Assembly (NCBI GenBank): GCA_035308445.1
Contig: DATGGQ010000039.1
Span: 16,875-80,874 of the forward strand
Direction: 5' to 3'
DNA length: 64,000 bases
From: Candidatus Limnocylindrales bacterium
GTDB taxonomy: Bacteria > Chloroflexota > Limnocylindria > Limnocylindrales > CSP1-4
A program made the translations under genes and the position numbers. The notes under the pieces were generated by a model. The model did not search any database and had not been told where the DNA came from. It saw nothing but the letters and a program-made list of their open reading frames with translations. Positions 16,201 to 27,008 of the stretch are shown one piece after another (positions within the stretch are counted from its first letter, which is position 1; the number at the start of each line of letters is the position of its first letter).

Positions 16201-18606
16201 ATGGACACCCGCTCGCTGGCGCTCCTCGAGTTCCCGCTCATCCGCGAGCGGCTCGCGAGCCACACCGCGTTCGCGCCCGGCCGGCGGCTCGCGGAGTCGC
16301 TCGAGCCCTCGGCCGACCGCGTCGTCGTCGCGAGAGCCCTCGACGAGACCGACCAGGCCCGCGAGCTCCTCACCGAGCGTCGCGGCGTCGGCATCGGCGG
16401 CGCCCGCGACATCGGCGCATGGGTCGACCGCGCAGGCCGCGGCGGCCGCCTTGATCCGGCGCACCTCCTGGACGTCGCCGCGACGCTCGACGGCGCGGCG
16501 AAGCTGAAGGTCGCGCTCGGCGAGGGGCGCTGGCCGCTCCTCCGCGAGCTGGGCAAGCAGCTGCATCCGCTGCCCGCCGTTGCCTCGACGCTCGCGCGCT
16601 CGTTCGATCCGGCCGGCGAGCTCCTCGACACGGCGTCGCCGAGGCTCGGCGGACTCCGCGCCGCCGTCCGCGTCGCGTTCGATCGCCTCCGCCGCCGGCT
16701 CGACACGCTCGTCGCGTCGCCGGAGCTCGCCGGCTCGCTCCAGGAGCCGATCGTGACGCTTCGGAACGGCCGCTACGTGGTGCCGGTGAAGGCCGAGTCG
16801 CGGTCGCGCGTGAAGGGCATCGTCCACGACGCCTCGGGCAGCGGCCAGACGCTGTTCGTCGAGCCGCTCGTGGTCGTCGAATTGGGGAACGCCTGGCGCG
16901 AGGCGCAGGTGGCCGAGCGCGAGGAGGTCGAGCGGATCCTCGACGAGCTGTCGGCGCTGATCGCGGCCAACGGCCCGGCGCTGCGGGCGACGCTCGATGC
17001 CCTCGCCCACTTCGATTTCTGGTCGGCGAAGGCGCTGCTGGCCTCCGAGCTGGACGCCACCCGCGCCGAGACCTCGACGGACGACCGGGTCGTGCTGCTG
17101 TCGGCGCGCCATCCCGGCCTGTCGGGCCGGGTCGTCCCGATCGACGTCCGGCTCGGTGACGGCTTCACCGCGCTCGTCGTCACCGGTCCGAACACCGGCG
17201 GCAAGACGGTGACGCTGCGGACGCTCGGCCTCCTGGCGCTCATGCACCAGGCCGGGCTCCACGTGCCGGCCGCTCCCGGCAGCTCGCTGCCCGTCTTCCG
17301 CGACGTCTTCGCCGACATCGGCGACGAGCAATCCGTCGCCCAGTCGCTCTCGACGTTCTCGGGTCACATGCGCTCGATCATCCGGATCGTCGAAGCGGCG
17401 GGGCCGGGAACGCTGGTGCTGCTCGACGAGCTCGGCGCCGGGACCGACCCGACCGAAGGCTCGGCGCTCGCCCAGGCGCTGCTCGACCACTTCATCCGGG
17501 CCGGTGCGCTGGTCGCGGCGACGACCCACTACGCCGAGCTGAAGGCCTATGCCCACACGACGGCCGGGGCGATGAACGCCGCGGTCGAGTTCGACCTCGA
17601 CACCCTCAGCCCGACGTACCACCTGACGATCGGGCTGCCGGGTGGATCCCAGGCGTTCGCGATCGCCGAGCGGCTCGGCCTGCCCGAGCGGCTCGTGGCC
17701 GACGCCCGATCGCGCCTGACCGAGAACGAGCTGGCCTTCGAGGCCACCCTCGCGCGGATCCGCGAGACCGAGGGCGAGACCGCCGACGCGCTCGAACGGG
17801 CGCGGTCCGCGGAAGCCCGCGCGGCTGACGCCCTCCGGACCGCGGACGAGGAACGTCGCCGCGCCCGACGCGAGCGCGACGACGTCACCCGGCGTTCGCG
17901 CGAAGAGGCGGAGCAGATCATCGTCGACCTCCGCGATGAGCTCGAGGCGGCGCGTCGACAGCTCGAGCGCGGCTCGCTGACCGTGCCCGCGATCGACGCC
18001 GTTCTGGGTCGCGCCGACGAGCAGCTGGGCCGGCTCCCGCTTCCCGATGACACGGACGACGCCGACGCCCCGGCCCTCGCCTCAGATGCCACGACGGCCG
18101 GGGCGTCGCGCGGCTCGCGCCGAACCCGCGTCGCGCGCGTGTGGCAGCCTGGCCAGCGCGCCCGCAGCCGCTCTGGCGGCTGGGAGGGTCGGGTCGCGGC
18201 CCTGGATCGGACCGGCAAGCGCGCCACCCTCGAGGCCGGGGCGATGCGGATCAGCGTCCCGCTCGACGACCTCGAACCGGTCGATGGCGCGGCTGCGGCG
18301 CGGTCACTCCCCGCCGCCGGCGGCACGAACGTCGCCGCGCTCCGGCTCGAGCGGGCCCAGGCCGTGCCGCTCTCTCTCGACCTCCGCGGCGCGCGGGTCG
18401 ACGAGGCCCTGGCCGCGCTCGACGCCTACCTGAACGACGCGTCGGTCGCGGGTCTCGACCGGGTGACGGTGATCCACGGCCACGGGACCGGGGCGCTCCG
18501 CGACGCCGTCCGCAGCGAGAGCGCGGGCCACCCGCTGGTGAGATCGGTGCGGGCGGGGGAGCGGGGCGAGGGCGGCGACGGCGTGACGGTGGTCAGCCTG
18601 GGCTGA
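16201..18606 (+). CDS. mutS2: Endonuclease MutS2 (MutS domain V ATPase plus C-terminal Smr domain)
   Basis: ORF 16201..18606. Walker A VVTGPNTGGKTVTLRT, a coiled-coil region, and the Smr tail LDLRGARVDEAL...VIHGHGTGALR. Confidence 0.9.
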   Translation: MDTRSLALLEFPLIRERLASHTAFAPGRRLAESLEPSADRVVVARALDETDQARELLTERRGVGIGGARDIGAWVDRAGRGGRLDPAHLLDVAATLDGAAKLKVALGEGRWPLLRELGKQLHPLPAVASTLARSFDPAGELLDTASPRLGGLRAAVRVAFDRLRRRLDTLVASPELAGSLQEPIVTLRNGRYVVPVKAESRSRVKGIVHDASGSGQTLFVEPLVVVELGNAWREAQVAEREEVERILDELSALIAANGPALRATLDALAHFDFWSAKALLASELDATRAETSTDDRVVLLSARHPGLSGRVVPIDVRLGDGFTALVVTGPNTGGKTVTLRTLGLLALMHQAGLHVPAAPGSSLPVFRDVFADIGDEQSVAQSLSTFSGHMRSIIRIVEAAGPGTLVLLDELGAGTDPTEGSALAQALLDHFIRAGALVAATTHYAELKAYAHTTAGAMNAAVEFDLDTLSPTYHLTIGLPGGSQAFAIAERLGLPERLVADARSRLTENELAFEATLARIRETEGETADALERARSAEARAADALRTADEERRRARRERDDVTRRSREEAEQIIVDLRDELEAARRQLERGSLTVPAIDAVLGRADEQLGRLPLPDDTDDADAPALASDATTAGASRGSRRTRVARVWQPGQRARSRSGGWEGRVAALDRTGKRATLEAGAMRISVPLDDLEPVDGAAAARSLPAAGGTNVAALRLERAQAVPLSLDLRGARVDEALAALDAYLNDASVAGLDRVTVIHGHGTGALRDAVRSESAGHPLVRSVRAGERGEGGDGVTVVSLG

Positions 18607-18663
18607 CCTCGCATCGGCTCGGAATGCCTTGGCGGGCACACTCCGCCCTTGGACCCTCGAGCG

Positions 18664-21429
18664 TCAGCTCGGGACGGGAAGGAGCGTCGGCAGCGGGCCC
18701 GTGGACGGCGAAGGCGTCGGCTTGCCATGGGTGGGGGTCGGCTGGGGCGTGCCGCTCGGGCCGGGCGTCGGGCAGGGCCCCGGGGTCGCGCCGGGTGGTC
18801 CGCCGCCCTGGCCGCCGCCGGGGTTGCACTGCTGGACGGGTGAGCAGGTCTGGGTCGGCGCGAACTTGCCGCCCCAGGTCGCGCCGAACGGCGTGAAGAA
18901 CGCGTTGTAGAAATACGAGGTCCGATTGTTGTCCGGGCCGCCGATCACGCCCGGCCCCTTGGCCGCTCGGGCCGCCCACTCCTGCGTGTACGGCTGCCAC
19001 TGCGGGAACTGCTGCTCGACCTGGCTGAAGTCGAGGAATGGCTCCTGGACCATGGGGCCGGTGCAGCCGTTCTGCCAGAGCAGGCCCGTCGCCTGATCAA
19101 TGTCAACGAGCGTGTGGATGTTGTCCGTTCGCGTCGGGACGGTGCCCTTGATGAAGAGCTCGTTCACCGTCGCGACGGTGTACGGGCCCGGCAGGAGCCC
19201 GCTGAACGCGTCGACCTTGGCCGTCACGAGGCCCGATGGTGCGTGGAAGTTGGCGATCGGGAGGCCCTGGCTGATGTCGGTCAGGATCCGCGACCAGACC
19301 GGTGCGGACGACGCGAGCGACAGGACGTGGCTGTTCGGCGTCGAGTCGGAGTTGCCCATCCAGACGCCGACGGCCAGGGCCGGCGCGTTCGGATCCGACG
19401 GTGGGGCGAGGTAGCCGTAGGCGGCGACGTCCTTGTTGTTATCGGTGGTGCCCGTCTTGTAGGCCGCCGGCCGGCGACCCTGACCCTTCTGGATGATCTG
19501 CCATTCCGCCCACGGCGGGTTGACCGACTTGATCGTGTTCCCGTTCAGGATGTCGGTGATGATGTACGAGGCCTGTGGCGTGTCGACGCGCTTGCCCTGC
19601 GCCGGCGGCGTCCCCGGGACGGGGTAGACCGGCTTGCCGCTCGGGTCGGTCACGGACAGGAGCGTCGTCCGCGGCATCAGGACGCCGCCGTCGGCGATGG
19701 CCGAGTACGCGCTGAGCATGTCGGCCGGGTGCGTCTCCAATGTCCCGATCGACTGCGACACGACCGGGACCGTGCCCGGCAGGAAGTCGAGCCCGAACTC
19801 CTGGAAGTGGGCGAAGGCGTTCGGCAGCCCGATCTCGAGACCCGCTTTTATGGACGAGATGTTCTGCGAGAACTGGAGAGCGATCCGGAGGCGCTCCGGT
19901 CCGCGCTCGAGCTTGTCGTCCTCCTGCGGGTAGTAGGGGGCCGCCTTCGTCCCGAAGTTCGTGACGACGTGCATGAACATCGACGCCGCGGTCAGGGTGT
20001 GCTGGTCGATGCCGGTGATGTAGTTGAGCGGCTTGATGGACGATCCCGGCTGGCGGTAGCCGTCATCCCAGACGTCGAACTGCGGCTGGAACTTGGCGTT
20101 GCCGGTGAGGTAGTAGCCCGCGCTGCCGCCGATCGCGAGCACCTGGCCAGTTCGGTAGTCCTCCACCCCGGCGGCCCCGTTGAAGATGTTCTTGCTGCGA
20201 AGGTTCTGGAGCCACGGCCAATCCGATCTCGGGATCTTCAGCTGCGTCCAGATCTTCTGCGGGTTCGACATGTGCGTCGTCTGAGCCGCGACGTACAGCC
20301 ACTTCTCGACGACCTGCTGCATGTTCCAATCCAGCGTTGTCGTCACGGAGTAGCCGCCCGTATCCAGTTGTTGGCACCCGCCTGTGGTGTCGGTCCCGCA
20401 GATCACGGAGGAGAGCTCCTGGCGGACCTGCCAGACGAACTGGGGGGCCTTCCACTGGGGCACTGCCTGAGAGACAAGGATGACCGGCTCCTGCTCGGCG
20501 GCGTCGTAGTCAGCGATCGTGTGCTTCGAGCCGGAGAGGACGCTGCGCGTCTTCATCAGCTCGAGGACGGTGTTCCGGCGCTGGACGATCGGGGACGTGG
20601 CCGGCACGACGAGCTGGATGTCCGCCGGCGGGCAGTCGCCGCCGTTGGGGGGCGTGATCGAGCATTGCTCGACGGCGTTCCGGACGAGGTCGTACTGGGT
20701 CGGTGATTTCGGGATCGAGGCGATGATGGCGTCCTGGGCGAGATCGAGCTGCGAGAGGTCCTTGCCGAAGTAGCCCTTGGCCGCCGCGGCGACGCCGTAC
20801 GACTGGTTGCCGTAGAAGTTCTGGTTCAGGTACGCGGTGATGATCTGCTGCTTGCCGGCCGTGCCGGGGAACTCCTGGGTGAGCCGGATCGACTGGATGA
20901 TCTCCCGGATCTTGCGGTCGTAGACCGAGGCGCCGGTGTCGGGCGGCAGCAGCCGGGCTCGGACGAGCTGCTGGGTGATGGTCGAGCCGCCGCGGGGATG
21001 GCCGGTCAGCGTGTCGATCGTGGCCGAGAGGAAGCCTCCGACGTCGAAGCCGGGGTTCGTCCAGAAGTCCTTGTCCTCGATCGCGGTCGTCGCGTCGATG
21101 AGCTCGGGCGGGATCTGGTCGAACGTCACCAGCTGGCGGTTCTGGTCACCGAACGTGGCGAGCAGGACCTGGCCGGTCCGGTCGTAGATCTTGGTCGGCT
21201 GGTCGAACGACAGGTTCGAGAACGCCTGGGCCGGGTCCGGCAGGCCGTTCGAGTAGTAGGCATAGGCGCTGACCGTGGCCACGAAGCCGACGCCGCCCAG
21301 CACAAGGAAGCTGCCGAAGAGCAGAACGGGGATCGCGAGTGCGGCGCGGCGCCCGGCGCCACCTCCACGTCCGCGACGAGCGGCTCCGTTCCGGCGGTGC
21401 CGCGATCGCCTCTGGAGGGCGGTTTGCAT
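18664..21429 (-). CDS. Class A penicillin-binding protein (GT51 transglycosylase plus transpeptidase) with Pro/Gly-rich C-terminal tail
   Basis: ORF 18664..21429. N-terminal TM segment, GT51 motifs (EDKDFWTNPGFD, GGSTITQQLV), transpeptidase SSIKP, and a tail PGGGQGGGPPGATPGPCPTPGPSGTPQPTPT. Confidence 0.9.
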   Translation of the reverse strand: MQTALQRRSRHRRNGAARRGRGGGAGRRAALAIPVLLFGSFLVLGGVGFVATVSAYAYYSNGLPDPAQAFSNLSFDQPTKIYDRTGQVLLATFGDQNRQLVTFDQIPPELIDATTAIEDKDFWTNPGFDVGGFLSATIDTLTGHPRGGSTITQQLVRARLLPPDTGASVYDRKIREIIQSIRLTQEFPGTAGKQQIITAYLNQNFYGNQSYGVAAAAKGYFGKDLSQLDLAQDAIIASIPKSPTQYDLVRNAVEQCSITPPNGGDCPPADIQLVVPATSPIVQRRNTVLELMKTRSVLSGSKHTIADYDAAEQEPVILVSQAVPQWKAPQFVWQVRQELSSVICGTDTTGGCQQLDTGGYSVTTTLDWNMQQVVEKWLYVAAQTTHMSNPQKIWTQLKIPRSDWPWLQNLRSKNIFNGAAGVEDYRTGQVLAIGGSAGYYLTGNAKFQPQFDVWDDGYRQPGSSIKPLNYITGIDQHTLTAASMFMHVVTNFGTKAAPYYPQEDDKLERGPERLRIALQFSQNISSIKAGLEIGLPNAFAHFQEFGLDFLPGTVPVVSQSIGTLETHPADMLSAYSAIADGGVLMPRTTLLSVTDPSGKPVYPVPGTPPAQGKRVDTPQASYIITDILNGNTIKSVNPPWAEWQIIQKGQGRRPAAYKTGTTDNNKDVAAYGYLAPPSDPNAPALAVGVWMGNSDSTPNSHVLSLASSAPVWSRILTDISQGLPIANFHAPSGLVTAKVDAFSGLLPGPYTVATVNELFIKGTVPTRTDNIHTLVDIDQATGLLWQNGCTGPMVQEPFLDFSQVEQQFPQWQPYTQEWAARAAKGPGVIGGPDNNRTSYFYNAFFTPFGATWGGKFAPTQTCSPVQQCNPGGGQGGGPPGATPGPCPTPGPSGTPQPTPTHGKPTPSPSTGPLPTLLPVPS

Positions 21430-21438
21430 GCGGCGGCG

Positions 21439-21444
21439 ACGATA
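21439..21444 (-). promoter_or_regulatory. -10-like TATCGT (extended TGg) 9 nt before the PBP ATG
   Basis: Minus strand reads catgGTATCGT-cgccgccgc-ATG(21429). No SD within 15 nt. Confidence 0.35.
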
Positions 21445-21509
21445 CCATGCGCCCGTGAGGGACTCCTTCCCCCATCGGTTGGCCTGACGACGCCGACATT
21501 GCAGTTCGT

Positions 21510-22847
21510 GTGACGCGAGTGACGACGTTCGATCCCGGGCCGGCCGGCCTCCTCGCGGAGCTCCGCTGGCGCGGCATGTTCCACGCCGCTTCCGACGGCC
21601 TCGAGGCGCGCCTCGCGACCGGCCGTCCGATCACGGGCTACAACGGCTTCGACCCGTCGGGCCCGTGGCTCCACATCGGCCACCTCGTGCCGATCTTCGG
21701 GCTCATCCATCTCCAGCGCCACGGAGGCCGTCCGATCGCCGTGGTCGGCGGGGGGACGGGCATGATCGGCGACCCGTCGGGGACCTCGAACGAGCGCCGC
21801 CTGCTCGATCGCGAGACGCTCGAGGCGAACGTCGCCTCGCAGCGCGACCAGCTCGAGCGCTTCCTGGATTTCTCGGGCGAGCGTGGCGCGGTGATGGTGA
21901 ACAACCTCGACTGGCTCGGTCCGCTGCACCTGCTCGACTGGCTCCGGGACGTCGGCAAGCACTTCACGATCCCATACATGCTCGCCAAGGACTCGGTCAC
22001 GACGCGGCTCGAGCGCGGCCTGTCGTACACCGAGTTCAGCTACATGCTCATCCAGGCGACCGACTTCGCCCATCTCCGCCAGACCATGGGCGTCGAGCTG
22101 CAGATGGGCGGCGCCGACCAATGGGGCAACATCACCGCCGGGCTCGAGCTCATCCGGCGGCAGGGCATCGGCGCCTCGGAGCAGACGGGATCTGATGCTG
22201 CTCGCGGCTCCGATGCCGGCGACGCGGCCTTCGCCCTCGCGTATCCGCTCCTGCTCGCCCCATCCGGCACGAAGTTCGGCAAGAGCGAAGGCGGCGACAC
22301 GGTCTGGCTGCACGAGTCGCAGACCTCGCCGTTCGCCTTCTACCAGCACTGGCTGAACACCGACGACCGCGACGTCTCGATCTACCTGCGCTGGTTCACG
22401 ACCTTCCCCCCGGACGAGATCGAAGGTCTCGAGGCGGAGGCGGCCGCTCAGCCCGAAGCACGGGCCGCGCAGCGGGCGCTGGCTAACGACCTGACGGCCC
22501 GCGTCCATGGCGTGGACGCCGCGCGCGAAGCGGCCGATGTCTCCGCCGCGGCGTTCTCCGGCGGCCCCATCGAAGACCCGCGGATCCTCGCGGCGCTGCA
22601 CGGAGCGACCGACGGGTTCGACTTCCGGGCCGTCGAAGCTCGAGCCGGCCTCGTGCCGCTCCTCGTCGCCTCGGGGACGTTCGCGTCGAACGGGGAGGCG
22701 CGCCGGATGATCGCCGCGGGCGGCCTCTCGGTGAACGGCGTCCGCGTGGCCGACGCGAGCGAGCCGGTCCCGACGCCGATCGCCGGGGAGTGGCTGGTGA
22801 TCCGGGTCGGCAAGCGCCGCCTGCGGGTGGGTCGCCAGGTCGGCTAG
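21510..22847 (+). CDS. tyrS: Tyrosine--tRNA ligase
   Basis: ORF 21510..22847 with HIGH (LHIGHL), KMSKS (KFGKS) and a C-terminal S4 domain. Confidence 0.95.
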   Translation: MTRVTTFDPGPAGLLAELRWRGMFHAASDGLEARLATGRPITGYNGFDPSGPWLHIGHLVPIFGLIHLQRHGGRPIAVVGGGTGMIGDPSGTSNERRLLDRETLEANVASQRDQLERFLDFSGERGAVMVNNLDWLGPLHLLDWLRDVGKHFTIPYMLAKDSVTTRLERGLSYTEFSYMLIQATDFAHLRQTMGVELQMGGADQWGNITAGLELIRRQGIGASEQTGSDAARGSDAGDAAFALAYPLLLAPSGTKFGKSEGGDTVWLHESQTSPFAFYQHWLNTDDRDVSIYLRWFTTFPPDEIEGLEAEAAAQPEARAAQRALANDLTARVHGVDAAREAADVSAAAFSGGPIEDPRILAALHGATDGFDFRAVEARAGLVPLLVASGTFASNGEARRMIAAGGLSVNGVRVADASEPVPTPIAGEWLVIRVGKRRLRVGRQVG

Positions 22848-22867
22848 TGCCGGGAGCCTCGTTCGGG

Positions 22868-24007
22868 CTACAGGAGCTCGCGAGCGGCGGCGATCAGGCG
22901 ATCGTCCTGCGCCTCGTCTCGGACCGTCAGGCGCAGGTACGCCGCGAGCGGGTGCTCGGCCGGGAAGGTCCGCGGGACGAGCCCGCGACGGAGGAGCCGG
23001 TCGGTGACGGCCGCCGCTCGCTCGGCCGAGCCGAACGACACCAGCACGAAGTTCGTCACCGACGGCCCGACGTCCCAGCCGGCCGACGCCAGCCCGGCCG
23101 CGAGCCGCGCTCGCTCGGCTTCGATCCGGGCGCGACCTGCCGCCATGACGTCGGGATCCTCGAGCACGTCGGCGCCCACCGAGACCGAGACGACCGACAC
23201 GGAACCGGGCGGCCGGTACGGGGCGAGGGCCTCGATGAGCGCTGGCTGGCCGATCGCGAACCCGACCCGCAACCCGGCCAGGGCGTAGACCTTGCTCAGC
23301 GTCCGGACGACGACCAGGCCCGGATAGCGCGTCCGGAGCGGCAGGAGCGACGTGCCGGTGAACTCGGCATAGGCCTCGTCGAGGACCACGATCGGAAGCG
23401 ACCGGCGAGCGGCGGCCGCATCGGCCGCGATCCCGTCGAGGAGCGTCTCGATCGCCCCGTCAGGCTCCCCGAGGGCCGTGGGGTTGTTGGGGTTGCAGAG
23501 CCACACGAGGTTGGCGGAGGCCGCTGCCGCGCGGACCGCCGCCACGTCCAGCCGGAACCCCTCCGACCGCGGGCGCCGCGGCACGACGACCGGGATCGCG
23601 TCCCGCTGCTCCGTCAGGACCCGGTACATCGCGTAGGTCGGAGCGGGCAGGACGGCGCGGCCGCCGGCGGGCAGGAACGCCTTGACGACGATGTCGAGGA
23701 CCTCGTCCGCGCCGGCACCGACGAGGATCTCGTCGGTCGCCACGCCGTACCGGGCCGTGGCAGCCGCGACCAGCCGGCGGTAGTCCGACGGCGGGTACTC
23801 CGACAGCGGCAGGTCAAGCCGGCCCGTGGCGAGGACCCGCGACGCAAGCTCGGGCGGTGCGGGGGACGTGTTCAGGTCGAAGCGCGCGACCTGCTCGAGC
23901 GGGATCCGGTACCGCTCGGCGACCGCCTCGCTCGTCGCCTCCCACGCGTAGGCCAGGGGCGCGCCCGGAGCCGCGAACGTGACCGGCGTCACCGGCTTGG
24001 GGCTCAC
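22868..24007 (-). CDS. hisC: Histidinol-phosphate aminotransferase (class II PLP aminotransferase)
   Basis: ORF 22868..24616 trimmed to GTG 24007, downstream of the EF-G-like stop at 24046. Motifs: NPNNPTA, the PLP-Lys context RTLSKVYALAGLRVG, and YLRLTV. Confidence 0.8.
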   Translation of the reverse strand: MSPKPVTPVTFAAPGAPLAYAWEATSEAVAERYRIPLEQVARFDLNTSPAPPELASRVLATGRLDLPLSEYPPSDYRRLVAAATARYGVATDEILVGAGADEVLDIVVKAFLPAGGRAVLPAPTYAMYRVLTEQRDAIPVVVPRRPRSEGFRLDVAAVRAAAASANLVWLCNPNNPTALGEPDGAIETLLDGIAADAAAARRSLPIVVLDEAYAEFTGTSLLPLRTRYPGLVVVRTLSKVYALAGLRVGFAIGQPALIEALAPYRPPGSVSVVSVSVGADVLEDPDVMAAGRARIEAERARLAAGLASAGWDVGPSVTNFVLVSFGSAERAAAVTDRLLRRGLVPRTFPAEHPLAAYLRLTVRDEAQDDRLIAAARELL

Positions 24008-24045
24008 GGCGCCGGGGCGCTCACGACGGACGGCCAACCGGCGGG

Positions 24046-26127
24046 TCAGTGGCCCGCGGCCGCCTCGTCCTTGCGGTGCGCGGCGATGACCTTCTCGGCG
24101 AGGTGCGCGGGCACCTCCTCGTACCGGTCGAGGGTTGACTTGAACGTGCCGCGTCCGCCGGTGATCGACCGCAGCTCGGTCGCGTACGAGAAGAGCTCGG
24201 ACTGCGGCACGGAAGCATGGATGACCTGCATCCCGTCGGTCGTGTCCATCCCGAGAACCCGCCCGCGCCGACCGTTCAGGTCGCGGTTGACCTCGCCCAT
24301 GAACTCCTCGGGGACCCGGACCGAGACCGTCATGATCGGCTCGAGGAGGACGGGCTTCGCCTGCAGGACGCCCTCCTTCAGGGCCATCGACGCGGCGATC
24401 TTGAACGACAGCTCGTTCGAGTCGACCGCGTGGTACGAGCCGTCGTACAGCGTGGCCCTGAAGTCGGACAACGGATACCCGGCGAGCACGCCCTCGGCGG
24501 CGGTCTCGCGGATGCCCTTCTCGACGCCCGGGAAGAAGTTCTTCGGGACCGAGCCGCCGACGACGCGCTCGGCGAACGCCACGCCGCCGTCCGGGTTCGG
24601 CTCCAGCTCGAGCCACACGTCGCCGAACATCCCGTGCCCCCCGGTCTGCTTCTTGTAGCGACCATGGACCTGGGTCTTGCCGCGGATCGACTCGCGGTAC
24701 GGCACGCGTGGCGGATGGGTGACGATCGCCGAGCCGAACTTCCGCTTGAGCCGCTCGATGATGACCGCGGTCTGGGCCTCGCCGATCGTCCGGAGGATCT
24801 GCTCGCCGGCATCGCTCCGTTCGAGTCGGGCCGACGGCTCCTCGTCCAGCATCCGCTGGAGGGCCGGTCCCATCTTGTCGAGGTCGGCCTTCGTCTCGGG
24901 CTCGATCGCGACGCTCAGTGTCGGCTCCGGGAACTCGAGATCGGGCAGGGTGAGCGGCTTCTCCTTCGAGGACAGCGTGTCGCCGGTGGCCGTGACCGCC
25001 AGCTTGGCGATCGCCCCGATCTCGCCGGCCTCCAGCTCGCCGATCGGCTCCTGGTCCTTGCCGTGCAGCAGGAGCAGCTGGCCGATCCGCTCGTCGGCGT
25101 CGCGCTTCTGGTTCCAGACGTGCGCCTGGGAGTGGAGCGTGCCGGACAACACCCGGAGGTAGGTCAGCCGGCCGACGAACGGGTCCGCGGCCGTCTTGAA
25201 GACGCGAACAAGGAGCGGACCGTTCGGGTCCGGCCCGACCTCGACCTCGGCGCCGCTCCGGTCGCGGGCCTTGACAGGGCCTTCGTCGGCGGGGGAGGGC
25301 AGGTAGCGGACGATCGCGTCGAGGAGCGCCTGCAGCCCGGTGCCGGTGTGGGCGCTGCCGACGAGGACCGGCGCGAGGATCGACTCCTTGACGCCCTTGC
25401 GGAGGCAGGCCTCGAGCTCCGGGTCCGTGATCTCCTCGCCGTCGAGGTACTTCATCAGCACCTCGTCATCGGCCTCGGCGGCCGCCTCGAGCAGCTGGTC
25501 GCGGCGGCGAGCGACCTCGTCGCCGAGGTCGGCCGGAACCGGGACCTCGACGTCCCTGCCGCCCTCGGTCCGGTACGCCTTGCGGTGGACGAGGTCGACG
25601 TACCCGCTGAACGCGTGGGCCGCGCCGATCGCGATCTGGAGGGGCGCGATCTTGTTCCCGAAGGACGACCGCAGGGCGTCGAGCGCCCGGTTCGGATCGG
25701 CGTTCTCCTTGTCGGCCTTGTTGATGAAGAAGCAGGCCGCCGTGCCGGAGCTGCGGCCGAGGGCCACGGCCTGCTCGAGCCCGGCCTCCACCACGCCGGT
25801 CGCGTCGATGACGAAGATCGCGCCGTCGGCGGCGTGGAAGCCGGAGATCATCTCGGCAGCGAAGTCGAGGTAGCCCGGCGTGTCGACGATCGTGATCCGC
25901 GTGCCGTCGGCTTCGAACGTCGCGACCGCCAGGCTCAGTGACTCCCGGCGCTTCTGCTCCTCGGGCTCGAAGTCGAGGTGCGAGCTGCCGTCGTCGACCC
26001 TGCCGACCCGGCCGACCGCGCCGGATCGAAAGAGGAGCTGTTCGCCGAGCGTCGTCTTGCCGGAGCCCGCATGGCCGGCCAGGACGACGCTCCGAAGGTG
26101 GGGAAGGTCGACGCTCTTCATGGTCAT
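24046..26127 (-). CDS. Elongation factor G paralogue (EF-G2-like GTPase)
   Basis: ORF 24046..26127. G1 AGHAGSGKTTL, DTPGYLDF, NKAD, and domains II-V. It is not in an rpsL-rpsG-fusA-tuf context. Confidence 0.85.
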   Translation of the reverse strand: MTMKSVDLPHLRSVVLAGHAGSGKTTLGEQLLFRSGAVGRVGRVDDGSSHLDFEPEEQKRRESLSLAVATFEADGTRITIVDTPGYLDFAAEMISGFHAADGAIFVIDATGVVEAGLEQAVALGRSSGTAACFFINKADKENADPNRALDALRSSFGNKIAPLQIAIGAAHAFSGYVDLVHRKAYRTEGGRDVEVPVPADLGDEVARRRDQLLEAAAEADDEVLMKYLDGEEITDPELEACLRKGVKESILAPVLVGSAHTGTGLQALLDAIVRYLPSPADEGPVKARDRSGAEVEVGPDPNGPLLVRVFKTAADPFVGRLTYLRVLSGTLHSQAHVWNQKRDADERIGQLLLLHGKDQEPIGELEAGEIGAIAKLAVTATGDTLSSKEKPLTLPDLEFPEPTLSVAIEPETKADLDKMGPALQRMLDEEPSARLERSDAGEQILRTIGEAQTAVIIERLKRKFGSAIVTHPPRVPYRESIRGKTQVHGRYKKQTGGHGMFGDVWLELEPNPDGGVAFAERVVGGSVPKNFFPGVEKGIRETAAEGVLAGYPLSDFRATLYDGSYHAVDSNELSFKIAASMALKEGVLQAKPVLLEPIMTVSVRVPEEFMGEVNRDLNGRRGRVLGMDTTDGMQVIHASVPQSELFSYATELRSITGGRGTFKSTLDRYEEVPAHLAEKVIAAHRKDEAAAGH

Positions 26128-26210
26128 CGGCCGATGAAACCTCGCTCATTCGGGGGCTTCCAGGAAGGGTTCGAAGGGGTCCGGCCATCATAGTCCGGGA
26201 GATCGGCCGG

Positions 26211-26216
26211 TATACT
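26211..26216 (+). promoter_or_regulatory. -10-like TATACT 8 nt before the yebC ATG (leaderless candidate)
   Basis: ggTATACT-cccggccg-ATG(26225) with no SD. Confidence 0.45.
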
Positions 26217-26224
26217 CCCGGCCG

Positions 26225-26977
26225 ATGTCCGGACACTCCAAATGGTCGACGATCAAGCGCCAGAAGGGCGCCAACGACGCCAGGCGCGGCGCCGTCTTCA
26301 CGAAGATGACACGCGAGATCATGGTCGCGGCGCGAGCCGGCGGCGGCGATCCCGACGGCAACTTCCGGCTCCGGCTCGCCATGGACAAGGCCCGCTCGGT
26401 CAACATGCCCCAGGACAACATCAAGCGGGCGATCGAGAAGGCGACGGGCGCCGGCGAGGGCGAGCAGTTCGAGGAGATCCTCTACGAGGGCTACGGCCCG
26501 GGCGGCGTGGCGGTCCTCGTCGAGGCGGCAACGGACAACCGCAATCGGACCGCCGCCGACGTCCGCTCGATCTTCACGAAGGCCGGCGGGCAGCTGGCGG
26601 GCTCGGGGGCCGTCGCCTGGCAGTTCGAGCCGCGGGGCCTCATCACCGTTCCGGCCGATGGCCAGGACGCCGACACGGTCGCGCTCGCGGCGATCGACGC
26701 GGGGGCCGATGACGTCGATACCTCCGAGGGCGATCGGGTCGAGGTCTACACCTCGCCCGCCGAGCTCGAGCGGGTCCGGATCGCGCTCGACAAGGCCGGC
26801 ATCCAGGTCGAGTCCGCCGAGAACGCGATGATCGCCAAGCAACAGGTCGCGGTAGACGAGAACCGGGCCCGCCAGAACCTCCGGCTGGTGGAGATGCTGG
26901 AGGAGCTCGACGACGTCCAGCGGGTGACCGCGAACTTCGACATCCCCGAGGAGCTGTACGCCGAGGTCGCCGGGTGA
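26225..26977 (+). CDS. yebC: YebC/PmpR-family DNA-binding transcriptional regulator
   Basis: ORF 26225..26977 ([22 protein letters not shown]...). Classic position upstream of ruvC. Confidence 0.9.
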   Translation: MSGHSKWSTIKRQKGANDARRGAVFTKMTREIMVAARAGGGDPDGNFRLRLAMDKARSVNMPQDNIKRAIEKATGAGEGEQFEEILYEGYGPGGVAVLVEAATDNRNRTAADVRSIFTKAGGQLAGSGAVAWQFEPRGLITVPADGQDADTVALAAIDAGADDVDTSEGDRVEVYTSPAELERVRIALDKAGIQVESAENAMIAKQQVAVDENRARQNLRLVEMLEELDDVQRVTANFDIPEELYAEVAG

Positions 26978-27008
26978 CCCTGGCGCCCCGGGTCGCGAGG
27001 CGCTTCCG

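Noticed and set aside
21430-21509. T-box leaders upstream of tyrS and pheS (11228-11329)
   Set aside because: The spacers are only about 80-100 nt and lack the GGGTGGNACCGCG core. The pheS spacer is instead explained by an rplT terminator hairpin plus a -10-like TACCAT.
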